Assembly (NCBI RefSeq): GCF_006345805.1
Contig: NC_042998.1
Location: 132,370,001 to 132,434,000 of the forward strand
Source of the DNA: Octopus sinensis
Taxonomy: Eukaryota
Reading direction: 5' to 3'
Length of the DNA: 64,000 nt
The notes under the pieces were generated by a model that was not told where the DNA came from, did no database searches, and was given only the letters and a program-made list of their open reading frames with translations. This document shows, one piece after another, positions 1-12,255 of the stretch; position 1 is the stretch's first letter; each line of letters opens with the position of its first letter. A program made the position numbers and the translations under genes.

Positions 1-404
1 TTTATCAGGCCGAATAATGTTTACGTAAAATCTTTCCGACTCTTAATAGATGTTTATTCATTTCACCGTAGCTGGGTACTTTCGACCGAAGTACCTTCCT
101 TACACATGTACTCAGATACTTGTAGCGATAGTAAATTAATAATAGTAAGTGGTGATGGTGTATGTGTGAAGAAACTGCTTAAAGCATGAAAAGAAAGACA
201 AAAAGAAAAATACTCATGACTATTTGAGCGAGAATTGCTTAGATGTTGGAAATTTTGTTGGCATGTATGTGTATGAAATACACCCACTCTCTCTTTATAT
301 ACACGCACACATGCATAAAATCTATCCACACATACGTGTGTGTGGATGGATAGATAGATAGATATGTGCTGTACCTTCTACATTTTTTCCTCTCCACCCA
401 CAGG

Positions 405-800
405 GATTATTACAATAATATAGGACACAAACAGCGCATCCATGTGTGTATTTATGTGTGTGTGTGTATAATCGAGTGTTTTTTCTAAATCGCCCTTCAT
501 AAATGGGGCGACTGTATTGTCACAAAAACATTTCGCTGTTGTAAACACGTTTATTTTTTTCTTTTTCGTTTTGTTTCACTTCAAAAATCTCGTCGTGTGT
601 GTGTATGCTGGAGGGGAAATATTAATAGGATTTGTCAGATTTTTTATCATTAGCTTTTAAATTATTTTTAGAATTATTTTATTTAATTTTTATTTTCATC
701 TCTTTCCAATTTTTCGTAGATTTAAAAATATTTAGCTAACATGCGAACACTTTACACATGTACAAATTGTTCATCCTCTCTGACTCATGTACGTACACAC
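405..800. repeat. Diverged ~400 bp block, direct copy of 5702-6080
   Basis: Both copies share GGATTATTACA(A/G)TAATATAGGACAC...CTAAATC...ACATTTCGCTGTTGTAAACA...ATATTAATAGGATTTGTC...TATTTAGCTAAC, aligned by eye. Confidence 0.8.
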
Positions 801-805
801 ACTCG

Positions 806-845
<40 letters not shown>

Positions 846-1054
846 TGTGTATGTGTAAGGGTGTTGTGGAGATCCTCCACTTTATGGAGGCAATGAGTTT
901 CTGAAAATATTGTTGAGACGCGAAATTAATTTTCCCACTTGTACTGATATTATAAAGTGAGAGTGCGTTTCGACGGATTTTTCCCCTGAAAATCAATAAT
1001 AATAGCAACATGAACCAACAGCACGAACACCTTTATGCATTGAAAATAATAATA

Positions 1055-1190
1055 ATAATAATTTAAAAGCTAATGATAAAAATCTAACAAATCCTGAAAT
1101 ATTTTCCATCCAGTTATACTACACACATGATGAGAATTTTGAAGTGAAACAAAACGAAAAAGGAAAAGAAAAAAATATGCTCATTAAAAC
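1055..1190. repeat. Inverted partial copy of 545-680
   Basis: TTTAAAAGCTAATGATAAAAATCTAACAAATCCT...TTTTGAAGTGAAACAAAACGAAAAAG matches the reverse complement of 545-680. Confidence 0.75.
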
Positions 1191-1524
1191 ATTTGAAGTG
1201 AAATAAATAAGGATCGTAATAGGGTACTTGGAGATGGTCATATCTTGCTATCCTCAAGTATATAAACAATATCTGTTTCAACACACGATTTCACATCAAG
1301 AATCTTGCAGAACAACTAGATAAATGTTATAGGGTGCGTTTTACCACAAAAGCTATTTGTGGGAGGAGTGGTGGGGAAATGGGTATTACTGGCAGAATGA
1401 GGGACATTATTTATTCTTCACCTTATAGTTCAACTTTTACTACTCAAATTGTTTTATATTTATGGTACTTCATCTCTTTGTACGGCTCAGTGTAAAAACT
1501 GATTTCATTGTAAGCTCTTGTTAT

Positions 1525-2755
1525 TTATATGTTACGTTCATTATTAGGGCTGTTATCAGCAAAAACTTGCAGATCTTCTGTAAATGCCAACCCAGCAATA
1601 TTCTTTGCAGTTAATTGGAGTGGAGTTGGCGAAATTTCCGTATATTCATCTGTATTCTGAGATTGCTCCTGTTCTAACAATATCAACTCCTTCTTAGGTA
1701 AACTTTCTCTGTGGGGCACTAGTAACTCAACCATACCATTCTCTATGACTCCTTGAAATCCTACATCATCTGCAAATATCTGAATATCTTTCTGAATTTC
1801 ATGTAAACTTTATGCTTGTAGAAGTCACAGATACAGTCTGGACGGAAATTTTTCGAGAACAATTCAAATTTAAGGTTAAACTTCATGCTACGACCCATTT
1901 ATTATCCATGATGATGAACTTCTTCCAGAAGTCCCTAATTTAGGTTTATCCTCCTTTTAATTGCTTTGAAATTTCTTCTTGTATGATATTCTTTGAGGTT
2001 GGCTGTCACACTTTGAATCGGGCTGAAGCAAAGAAATTGTTTCTTTTCGGAATTTATTCTACTCTCATATAATCAGAAAAAATTATTTAAGTTCTTGGAT
2101 GCATTGTCTAAAAGAGTGTCTTGGTGCTTTGCTGGAAAATATGCCTGGCATTGTACTTTTCTATAACAGGACCAAAAGAGCTAAAAAAAACTCTTCAAAA
2201 TGTCTTAACTCATGAATGCATTCTATTTGAACGAGAAATCAGAGATAAATTAAACTTTACCTAACCCATGAAAACCCTTGGATTTTCAAAGTGACACTCG
2301 AGTAGGGACTTAAGCGGTATTTCCAACCAGAAGAAACGTAGATTTTTAGAATCTTTAAAATCCTACTGTTGATTTTTCTTTTCGAGAAATAGTTCTAGCG
2401 CATATGCACTTCCCAAAAAGTGTAGTTTCGTTATCATTGTATACTTACCCTTGTGTATGTTTCTTTTAGCAATGTCTCTCCTCACCCTCACCGCCAGCTG
2501 CTCGGGCTTAATTAGCAAACTCTGTGTCTGTCATTTTTATGTTGTGCATATTCAAGCGCTTCTTAAAGCACTTTCACTTAATTTTCTCAGTATTGCCATG
2601 AGTTTTCCCACTGCACATGTTGCAAACTTTAATATTTTGGCAATGCGGCTGATTTAGTCCTCCTGCATCAAGTTTCATATTCTCATATTCATTATAGTCT
2701 CTTCTTACAGTTCCTTTTCGCATTTCTGCCTTCACTTCCAGTTAACGGTTTCTTT
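1525..2755 (-). mobile_element. Degenerate Tigger/pogo-family DDE transposase remnant
   Basis: Minus-strand frames give KKRLNMHNIKMT (HTH/linker), TISLLQP (TTSLLQPMD-like), DFWKKFIIMD, KNFRPDCICDF and IQIFADDVGFQGVIENGMVELLVPHRESLPKKELILLEQEQ (Tigger C-terminus). Many stops and frameshifts. Confidence 0.75.
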
Positions 2756-2759
2756 CCAG

Positions 2760-3400
2760 TGTTCTTGAATTGTAAGTATCCTGAAAGTTGTCACACTTTT
2801 ACAATTTCTGTAACACGGGAGTACCTTCCTCTTTCTGTGTACACATGCCATTTAAACTATTCTCTAGAATATTACTCTCCATGTGCAGGGAAGAGTACTC
2901 TAGGGTACCGGCATTCTGTGAATGGAGGACTGACCGTTGTGGTTAAAGTTTGGGTGTCAGAAGTGTTTGGGTGGAAGTAGAACAGACTCGTCCACATGCG
3001 AGGAGCAGCGGTCACTGTAGTTAGAACAGAGAGAGGATAGCTCTGAGTGAATTGTAGAATGGCCTTTCTTTGAATGCTATCTCAGTGGAAGCACCAACTT
3101 CCTAGATGTGAGAACACTATTCCATTGTGGGTCTTAACTTAGCTTTGTAGAGTGGTAGTAAAATGTTGGTCCTCAAGAATTTGCTGGGTCTGCAGGAGAT
3201 GGCTATTCTTTAAGATGAAGTCTTTACTATCTTGATGTTTTCGCCGGAGAGGTCCTCAATGACATTTGGAATAATGGTGGGGGCGCTATTTGTGAGTTGT
3301 TCATATAGGAGTAGTGAGATGCAATAATGATTCTTGACAATAGTTGGCAGGGCCTGAGAAGTTATCCTTACTGGGAATGGGTCACATTCCAAAAGTGTAT
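2760..3400 (-). mobile_element. APE-RT LINE (CR1/Jockey-group-like), 3' part of ORF2 and 3' end
   Basis: Minus frames read RIAISCRPSKFLRTNILLPLYKAKLRPTME (LYK..RP.MEY motif) then IQRKAIL..., typical of the post-RT region. Confidence 0.7.
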
Positions 3401-3415
3401 ATACGTATTTATACA

Positions 3416-4659
3416 CAGGGGTTGGAAAAAATAATGGAAACATCTTAAAATTTCAAGCAAATTTTAATATGGGGTAGGACCGCTTTTCGCAGTAATTACA
3501 GCTTGAATTGTATGAGGTATGGACTTATACAAAGTTTGAATTGTTTCCAAAGCTGTTTTATCCATTCTTCAGCTAAAACAGTCTCCAGTTCTTGTAGTGA
3601 TGATGGTGGAGGATATCGACTTCTTACTTGTTTTTCTAAAATGCACCATAAATGTTCAATAATGTTGAGATGGGGACTGTGGGGTCAGATAAGATATTCA
3701 ACTTCACTAGAATGTTCCTCGTGCCATTCAGTAACAACTTTAGCTGTGTGGTGCATTATCATCCTGAAAGATTGCGTTTCCCGCCGGAAACAGTTCCGCA
3801 ACCATAAGATGAATTTGATCAGATAAAATGCTTAGTCTTGTCTATTAATCCTGCCATGAAGGGAAACCACTGGGATAGCGAATTTCGAAGATATGGCCCC
3901 CACCCCCGACCAACACAGATCCTCCTCCATGTTTAACAGTTGGAAGAATGCAGTCTAGGTCAAATGCTTCTTTTGGCTTGTCTCCACACGTATACTCGAC
4001 CGGTGGTCGGAAATAAGGTAAAGGATGACTCGTCCAAGAAAATAACATTCTTCCACTGCTCTAGGGACCAATTCTGTGGGGTTTTACTCCACTCTAAACA
4101 TTTTGTTTCTGAAAGTAGTGGTTTTCTGATTGCAGCCCTCCCGTGAAATCCGGCTTTGTGCAGCTCACAGCAAACAGTTTTTATGGAAACTGGGTTTTCG
4201 AGGTGGTCATTAATTTCTGCAGTAATTTTGGAAGCTGTACTTTTGTGATCCTTTCTAACAATTCGCGTAAGAGTCCGACGGTCCCGATCTGAAAGTTTTG
4301 GCTTTCTTCTGGAGTTTTGTTTCGACAAGGAAGTTTTTTCCCTCTTTCTCAAAGGCTGTCATTACTTTCGAGACAGTACTGCTTCATACACCAAACATTT
4401 CGGCTGTTTTCGTTACACTAGCACCTGCCACATGAGCACCAACAATTTGAGCTCTTTGAAAGTCCCATAGATCTGTCATTTTAATGAATTTTAACTACCT
4501 TTTTCTGATATCTGAAAAGAAATAGCAATTTTAGCAAAATACATTGAGTAACACTAATAATAAATAAAGAATAACATAAAAATAAACAAGCTTTTGGCGG
4601 TTTTATAGATACTTCAAAATAATGATGCTAGGTATTTTCATTATTTTGTCCAACCCCTT
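3416..4659 (-). mobile_element. Full-length, decayed Tc1 DNA transposon (~1.24 kb)
   Basis: TIRs CAGGGGTTGGAAAAAATAATGGAAA (3416) and TTTTCATTATTTTGTCCAACCCCTT (ending 4659), with TA at 4660-4661. The left flank reads CA rather than TA. Confidence 0.92.
3500..4479 (-). pseudogene. Tc1 transposase pseudogene
   Basis: ATG at 4479 (MTDLWDFQRAQIVGA). Motifs RKPKLSDRDRRTLTRIVRKDHK...WKNVIFLDESSF, PTVKHGGGSV, QDDNAPHTAK, SP.LNIIEHLW. In-frame stops and frameshifts. Confidence 0.9.
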
Positions 4660-4681
4660 TATGTATGTATGTATGTATGTA

Positions 4682-4716
<35 letters not shown>

Positions 4717-4739
4717 GTATGTGAGGGAGAGGGAGGGAT

Positions 4740-5560
4740 AGAAAATGTAGTGCATTGTTTGTGGGTAGTGGAAAAGACATTGCCAGGGGCAATGTTAGTC
4801 TGAAGCAACGGCATGTATGTTGTGCATTATAGCGAACTTGGTAGAATGGGAATTACAGATTTGGAGACTATTTAGTTAATGTGTGGAGTTGGGTGCAAAG
4901 CGGGCATTGAAGGTCTAAATTTTCTTCTCGTAAAAAGCGGGCATTGAAGGTTTAAATTTTCTTCTCGTAAAAATAGTGTTTACAAACATCAGAGTTGAGA
5001 AGTAATGAGAAAGAGAATTCGGCAAAGCTGGGTGATGTAATTTTGGCAAGGGACCCAAACCTTTGGCTATAGTTTGGAATGCTGTAGATCTTGAGGGATG
5101 TCCAATTCACTCGAGTCGCTTTCAAGGTTCTGATGATGGTCTTGTAGTCGTTGTGTTAGTGCGCAAGAGCCGTCCACTTTTGTAGGGGCTGGTGATTTTT
5201 CTTCAAACGTTGTTAAATTTTTTATTTACCCTTATCTGGACTGCAGCAGCGCAACTGTGAGTTTCTGGTCTTTCCGTGTTTTGTTGTTTAGAATGAGGAA
5301 AAGGCATGCTTAAAAACTGTTTCTGATAGGTCAGATGTGAAGCACATGTGCTACTGGGAATAGCGTAGAGGTGGCGAAGCTCTGGACAGTCTGCAGACTG
5401 GTGGGGGGTACCATAGGTTTCCGAGAGATGGGTAGGCAGCGTTGTGAAGAGCGTGAATGTATGGTAGGTAGTTGCGATAAGGCTGCGGTCGGACAACCCA
5501 CAGATAGTTACGAAATTATAGAGATTGAGTGTGGATGTACGGAATATCTTTGCGTCGGCC
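4740..5560 (-). mobile_element. Upstream (EN/linker) part of the LINE at 2760-3400
   Basis: Minus frames read GLSDRSLIA (SDH motif), SADCPELRHLY, HSCAAAVQIR, FGSLAKITSPSFAEFSFSLLLNSD and FAPNST, the expected order between endonuclease and RT. RT core absent. Internal ~38 bp tandem duplication near 4898-4973. Confidence 0.55.
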
Positions 5561-5701
5561 AGAAATAAGCGAGCAGGAGATAATACTAATTCATAGAGAA
5601 AAAGTTGTATATACCTTCAGACATATACATGCATATATACTTTACATCATACATGTATAAATGCGTATATGCCATAGATATTTCCCCTTTCCAAGCACTA
5701 A

Positions 5702-6080
5702 GGATTATTACAGTAATATAGGACACAGCACATCATGTGTATTTATTGATAAGCGAGTGTTTTTTTCTAAATCACTCTTTGTAAATGGAGCGACTGTTTT
5801 GTCTCAGAAAGACATTTCGCTGTTGTAAACATGTTTCTTTTTCTTTCTTTTTTTTTCTTCTTTTCTTCAACATTCTCGTCGCTCGCGTGTGTAAGCTAGA
5901 AAGAAAATATTAATAGGATTTGTCGATTTTATCGTTATCTTTTAAATTATTATTTTTAGAATTCTCTTTTTCTTTTTATCTCTACAATTTTTGGGAAATC
6001 TAAAATATTTTAGCTAACTTAAAACATCACTAACACATACGCGCCATCGTATACTCACCGTCTCCCGTACTCATAGATAT
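5702..6080. repeat. Second copy of the block at 405-800
   Basis: Direct, diverged similarity to 405-800. Confidence 0.8.
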
Positions 6081-6243
6081 ATACATGCATGTGTAATCTG
6101 CCTAGCTATGTAATAATAATAACAATAATAATAATAATAATGTGATGCACCTCCGTCTCCATCAGTTTCCTCCAGTCTGAATCATTTCAAAGGAAATGCA
6201 GAATTGACACAACTCAGTCGCTGTTTCACGCACTCGTACTTAC

Positions 6244-6287
6244 TACCGCTTTCTCTTCAACATGTTTGTCCATAGCAGCCGTCGTGA
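6244..6287 (-). CDS. Candidate 44-nt coding exon 2 (F-TTAAMDKHVEEKAV) of an unidentified minus-strand gene
   Basis: Acceptor ...TTAATTCGTTTTAG and donor GTAAGT. Open in the frame required by candidate exon 1. No homology recognised. Confidence 0.35.
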
Positions 6288-6840
6288 CTAAAACGAATTA
6301 ATAAACATCTCTCTCTCTCACTGTAGTATAGTGACTAGGGACTAACGCCTCCCAACACCAGTACTAACGATGTTCAAGTTCTTTCTTTCCTTCTTAGTTT
6401 CTTTCTTGCAAAACTTTCAAACTACTGGGGTTTTTTTTTTCTCTCCCTTCACCTTCTCTTCCTGTCTCTAACACCCCGACATCGTAAATGCGTGGAGATG
6501 GCAAGATCTCCTGTCACGGGTGACCTACCCACCAGATTATCCTCACTGCCTGCTCCAACCCTATCTTTTGATGTCAAACGTATAATTGCCACTTACATAC
6601 ACACTTAAATTTCCTTTCTCGCTCACCATCCACCCATCCATCCGTCTCACATTAACAGCTGCAGACACACGCACACATACACACACACTTGCAAATAGAA
6701 ATCACATTTTTGATTTTTCATCAATATATTTTCTAGCCTGTCGTTCTCATAATTTCTCTCTCACGACCCTACACACAGACACGGCACACATTCGTACAAT
6801 TCCTCCTCCCCACTCTCTCTTGCTCTGCTTGAGCTCTTAC

Positions 6841-6874
6841 ATAATATTTGGTTGTGTACTGGTCGTGCTTCCAT
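6841..6874 (-). CDS. Candidate first coding segment (MEARPVHNQIL) of the minus-strand gene
   Basis: ATG at 6874 with an in-frame upstream TAA, and donor T|GTAAGA at 6840. The phase-1 junction joins in frame to 6287-6244. Confidence 0.3.
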
Positions 6875-7459
6875 ATCGCGATTGCGTGCCCTGTATGTTT
6901 GCGAGAGTGTTCGACAGTGACGTTATGTGACTGTAACCGGGAATCGAGACTGTAGGTAGACTCAGTTTGCTATGCTCTTCATCTTGTGCATGTGCATACA
7001 CACATACAGGCCGACTGAATAGATAGAATGAGAAAAGGATCGTGGGCAAAAGAAGAAAAAAAGTAAAGACATTCCTTCTGCCATCGCCTTCCCCTGTTTC
7101 TCCCATTCGAAATGACCACATACATTTCGAAATCCAAGTATCTCTCTCTCTCTCACGCATTCATCTTTCGATCTCGCTCACTTTTTCTCTCTAAAACACA
7201 CATTCTCCCTTTGTCGCCTCCACAAAATCCCCGTCACGCAATCTCTCACCTCCTCTTCTTTCCTTTTTGTTTCTGTGCGCCCATATATTACCATCACATG
7301 TACACCCATCCATCCCACTCGGTCGCGTACACGTTAGTACTCTACTACTGCCGTTGTATTACATCATTATTCACTGCTGCTGCTGCTGCAGTAGTCGTGG
7401 AAGTTGTTCCTGCAATAAACAAAACCATTATAAACTAGCCAATACCACCACCACTATTG

Positions 7460-7496
7460 TCAGTCAGTTATCGTAACTGGTCTTGTGTAGTGTATT
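7460..7496 (+). other. Candidate short non-coding first exon of a plus-strand gene
   Basis: Inr-like TCAGTC/TCAGTT followed ~35 nt later by the donor ATT|GTAAGC. Confidence 0.3.
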
Positions 7497-7705
7497 GTAA
7501 GCGAAGCGCCCTGTTGAACAACGTTGCTATAATAGTATATAGTGTCGAATATTATCGACGCTGGAGAGTTTCCCCCTCTAATAAAGTAAAGATATAAATC
7601 GTCGATTAAACATGTCTTTAAAATATTTAGTTTCGTTTTTACAAAGTTGGTGCTAAAATTGTGCTGGGGTCGACTTGTACTCACGCTGACGTCGCTTCTA
7701 TATAT

Positions 7706-7795
7706 AGGCGCAGGCGTGACTGTAGTTAGAAATAGATTTCCCAATCACATGGATGGTTCCGGGTTCAAGCCCGTTGCGTGGCCCCTTGGACAAGC
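7706..7795 (+). mobile_element. tRNA-derived SINE head (family A)
   Basis: GGCGCAGGCGTGACTGT...GGTTCCGGGTTCAAGCCC...CCTTGGACAAG, same as the heads of the longer copies at 24046-24438 and 62050-62463. Confidence 0.7.
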
Positions 7796-10749
7796 GCTTA
7801 CAGAGTGATGGTGAATTTCTCCCAATACTGGGTTTCCATTTCCTAGTCCCTCGTCTCTTATTGAGACGGCTTATACTTCTCGCATGGTATGTGACGCCGA
7901 TTATTCGGCAGTCCACGCTAGCCTTAATCGAGGGCATTTATGATCAAAGACGTTCCAGCTTTGACCTATCCGTCTTTCTAGTTAAAAACGGTCGCCAGAA
8001 ATTTATCTGATCTATTCTTTTTTCAAAAATAGTAGCTTTTGATTTCAGAGAGATTCTGGTGTTGTTCCTAAACAGGAATGATCTTATTTCGAAGCTCCCT
8101 TGTTGACTCGTGAATCGAAGTATGAAGTGCTTGTTGCATAGGTAATTCGATGTAGGGTTCTGTGAATTCAGTGTTACAAGTAATGCGTTGGTTGTAGACC
8201 TAGTATCGTGTGTATTATGTTGAACACTGATGAAGACGGCAGTGTTGCTTAGGTGACGAATATAATATTGTGGCGGGATACATACTGGAGAGTGTCATGT
8301 GTGTTCTAAAGTCAGTGCTGTATCTTGTTCATGTAACGAGAGTCTTCAGTACTTCGAATTTGTAGTGGCAGTAGTTGTTTATTCCATGCATGTGCGCCGA
8401 TAATTTTTGACTCCAGTAAGAAGTCTGCAATTATGGTTTTGATGTAATGTATTTTTTTTTATTATCTTAGTCATCAGTCATGCACTGGCGATCTACATTA
8501 ATCGACTCTACATCTGCCCTCACCCAAACAACTTATGGTCTGGTGCCAATGCTGGAAACGATTATTTTTACTTTAATCTTTGTATTGTCCTAAATGATTT
8601 TTGTGGCCCTTGTAGCCAATGAGGAAAGGGATATTATTTTTCTTATTATTATTATTATTGTTAGAGCGTCAGACCAAAATACCTTGCTGTATTTGTTTCA
8701 GCTCTTTACATTCTGGATTCCAATTCTGGCGAGCTCAAATACTGGGGTCAGTAGTGTCGATTAAATCCTCTTCCCTTAAAATTGCTGGTTCAAATCGTCA
8801 TTATTTAAGTGCAATTATTATTTAAGATAGCAGTAATACACTGAGGTCAGTGTGAAATCGACTTACTCCTCCCACTCCATTTTTTTTTTTACTAAATTTG
8901 TGACCCTGTGTTGTGCCAAAGTTCGAAATGATTATATGCCAGTGACGGTATTTTAGCCTTAGAAGAATCTATTGACATTTCTGAGTTGAAATCCGGGCAG
9001 GAATGATTGGTTGCTTCAGACAAATTTATATGCAAATCTGTAGCTTGTTTTCGCTGTGAGAAATCGTCATCGTTATCATCCGTCCATGTGATCTACGAAG
9101 AAAATATTGCATGTGAAAGGTGTGGGCCGTTGAGTAGGCTAGCAATGTACACAGCTTCATCGGTGTTGTGAATAGAAGAGACATGACAAGACATGGCTTT
9201 CGATCAACTCTTCACTCCCGCCATCCTTCCATATAATTCTGCAGTTTTGCTTCTTTGGTGATCTATCTGGCTGTCTGTCTAGCTACCATCAGTTATCTGT
9301 CTCCATCTCTGTCTATACGGATTAGGGTTCTATATTATCAATTGAACATCCCTCCTCTATTCTGTTTATGTATGCGGCCTCAACACCCACATAGTGAGCC
9401 CCTTTATCTAGTTTTAAGGCTCATATGTCTCCTTCCCTTATTAAACAAACTTTCTCACTCTCTATCCCCTTTCCTTAAGTGGTCCCCCACCTCGCATCAG
9501 CCTGATCACCTTGCGTTCTTGCTACTTCCCAGTCCTCTCTCTCATTGTATTTCTTGCTATACTGGTCTCTTCATTAACTCATCTGGTAACTTGTTCTTTT
9601 GACTCCTAGGTTAAATGGTCCCTTGTGGAATGTTGTTTGTTGAGGCAAATAGGAGGTGTTTCTTATATATGTTTCTTATATACTCTTTGATCGCCCTCGC
9701 CTCTTTATTTCATATTTCTCTCTTTTTCTCTTGTCTATTCTCTGGCTCTGTAGCAGAAAAGGGAGTTTAACTCTGTAGACCCCTGCCTTTCACTTTATTT
9801 CTCCCTCCCTGTATTTGACTATTTGTCTCTCTCTTTGCTGCTGAGTCTTAGTCTTCCTCCCTCCATTCAGTATTCTCTGTTAGCTTCTTACCAACCCTTT
9901 CATTTGTTCTTAGAATATATTGCAAGATTCTTGATATGAACATTGAAACAAATCTTGTCTTGGGAGGGTCGCTTTGCCAGTAATAATAAACACTCGCACT
10001 GGTTCAATATCACTTTACAGCTAAACAAAATTAAACAAAGGATCAATTAGTTGGTTTGATATTAAATAAAGGTGAATATCACCTCATAATAAAGAGGTGA
10101 TATTCAACCAGTGCATGTTTATTATTGGTTTGGTGACCCTCCCAAAACACAAGGTAGCTTCTTTTGCATGTTCACATATTCTTCCCTGTCTATTTTACTT
10201 ACCTTCACTGACAACGTCTTATTTTTCGGAGATTTTTTGTTTTGTTTTGTTCTTTAAATAGTATAGTTCTAAGTCTTAACTGAAAGGATAGATTTTTAAA
10301 AATGGCTTTCAAAATAGCAGTGTAGGTAATTCTACAATCTGCAAGAGAATATTGAAGGAGATGTTGGAGTTGTTTAAGGTCCTACAGCAATCCTGATGAG
10401 CCAAACTTATGAATAACTGTGCCCTAGCCAGCTAAGACTATCTCATCATTGATGTGGTGTATCTAGAAATAAGGTGTGATTTGTGGGAATTTTTGGTAAA
10501 TTTTTAGCTTCTTGGCCAACCATCTAGAATTTCTCTCTTTGGATTTTTGTTGTTTTTGTTGTTCGGTTAATTCTTTCTTACCTGACTGAATATTTAAGAA
10601 CAAGAAACTGAGAATCTAGTCCTCAATATACTAACCTCAAACTTACTTTTAGCCTGTCCTGGCTATGGTTGTTTTTTACTCTCAGATCAGTTCTAGCTGA
10701 ACCAGTGCTGGATTAACCATTAAGTAAAAAAAACAAACATACACTCAGG

Positions 10750-10783
<34 letters not shown>

Positions 10784-11570
10784 TGGGGCGTGGGGGCTTA
10801 TTTCAGTTTCCTTCTATCAAATTTCTAAGGCACTAGTTGAACCAGGGTCTTAATTAAATACACTTGCCTGAGGTGCCACACCATGAGACCGAACCCAAGA
10901 TTGTTGCATAAGATCCATTGGCTCTGAGTGATATGTGTTTGCTCACATACCATTGTAGGAAATTGGCTGAATGACTTGGTGCAACCCATAGATCTTTTTT
11001 ATTACAGATATGCTATGTTCCTACCTAAATGAGGGCCATACTGAGGGAATCGTAACATCGCAGCAGAGATTGATTGGGTATGTATTTGTCTGGATGTGGG
11101 TGACTGCAGCATAAGTTCATTAAGTGGACTCAAGTTGTGACGAGTTATTCTTACTAGGATCTGTTTGCTGTACTGGAGTAGATCGAACTTCTTCATGGCA
11201 GAGAGAAAAAAGCTGTTTCTCTTTTTCCTTTCTGTCTGATCACTTGATATCATGATGGTTCTTTTGTTGTTACTGTGCTCTCGGCAGAAGTTAAAAAAGA
11301 AGGGCGGAGTGGGTACTGATTGTGATTATTGGGTTTTGTAATAATAGATTGTCGAGGTTGCTGTTTAGCCCCCGGTCAGCCCTGATTGAGCAGGCCTACA
11401 AGAATGCAATGGTGCAGGTGGTGGCTGTGGATATATGTAGGCTTATTTGTGTTGTTGATATTGATGTAATCGCTCTGGTGATAATAGAAGGGAAGATTGT
11501 GCTGGTGGTAAGGATGTTGTGATGATGGCAGTGGTGGTAATAGTAGTTGGGGTGGTGTATGTAGTGTCAT

Positions 11571-11604
<34 letters not shown>

Positions 11605-12099
11605 TTCATTGTTCAGCCACTCATGATGATGATGATGATGATGACGTAGATTGTTTATATTATTGTTGCTCTTTGTGTGTTTGTGTGTATGTGTCCAGGG
11701 TAGTAGTAGTAGTGAACGTCATTGTTGGTGGATGTATTATTTGTTATTAGCAGCTGTTGTGGTCATAACTGCAACAACAAAGGTAGCGTTGTTGTAGTTG
11801 ATGATGGTGATGATGTATTAGTTGTTATTGTTGTTGTATCATGTGTGATGGTAGAAGTGGAAAGAGGGTGTAGGTATTATTGATTTTCTTTTTCTTTTTT
11901 GTTGTTTTTGTTGGTTTTGTTTTGCCTTTGCTAACTATGGTGTCTCTCTAGGTTGGCTGCACGAACTGAGAGAAGCCTCTCTTGCCTCTGGTTTATGTCA
12001 AAGTAAGCTGGGGTTTGTGTGTGAGGTGCCCCCAAATCACCTTGTGTGGTTGCCCTCCCTCCACTCCCTTTGGAAAACCTTTTGTTATTTTGTTCAATA

Positions 12100-12255
12100 T
12101 ATATATATGTATATATATATATATGTGTGTATATGTATATATATGTGTGTATATGTATATATATGTGTATATGTATATATATATATGTGTATATGTATAT
12201 ATGTGTATATGTATATATATGTATATATATTTATATATATGTATATATATATATG
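12100..12255. repeat. Compound (TA/TG) microsatellite
   Basis: Direct reading. Confidence 0.95.

Larger units (their letters stand above)
6200..7700. promoter_or_regulatory. Probable (bidirectional) promoter / 5' exon region
   Basis: Visibly CpG-richer and TE-poor relative to the rest of the window. Inr-like TCAGTC on the minus strand near 7018 and TCAGTCAGTT on the plus strand at 7460-7469. Splice donors face away in both directions (6840 minus, 7497 plus). Confidence 0.5.

Noticed and set aside
2761-2772. Possible 12-nt microexon (TTTCCAG|TGTTCTTGAATT|GTAAGT)
   Set aside because: It lies at a TE/TE junction, with competing upstream AGs and no plus-strand host evident.
6837-7160. 107-aa minus-strand ORF with a hydrophobic, signal-peptide-like stretch
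   Set aside because: Splicing from its frame into the 6287 exon hits TGA after nine codons. The hydrophobic stretch comes from a poly-A/purine run, and no homology is recognised.
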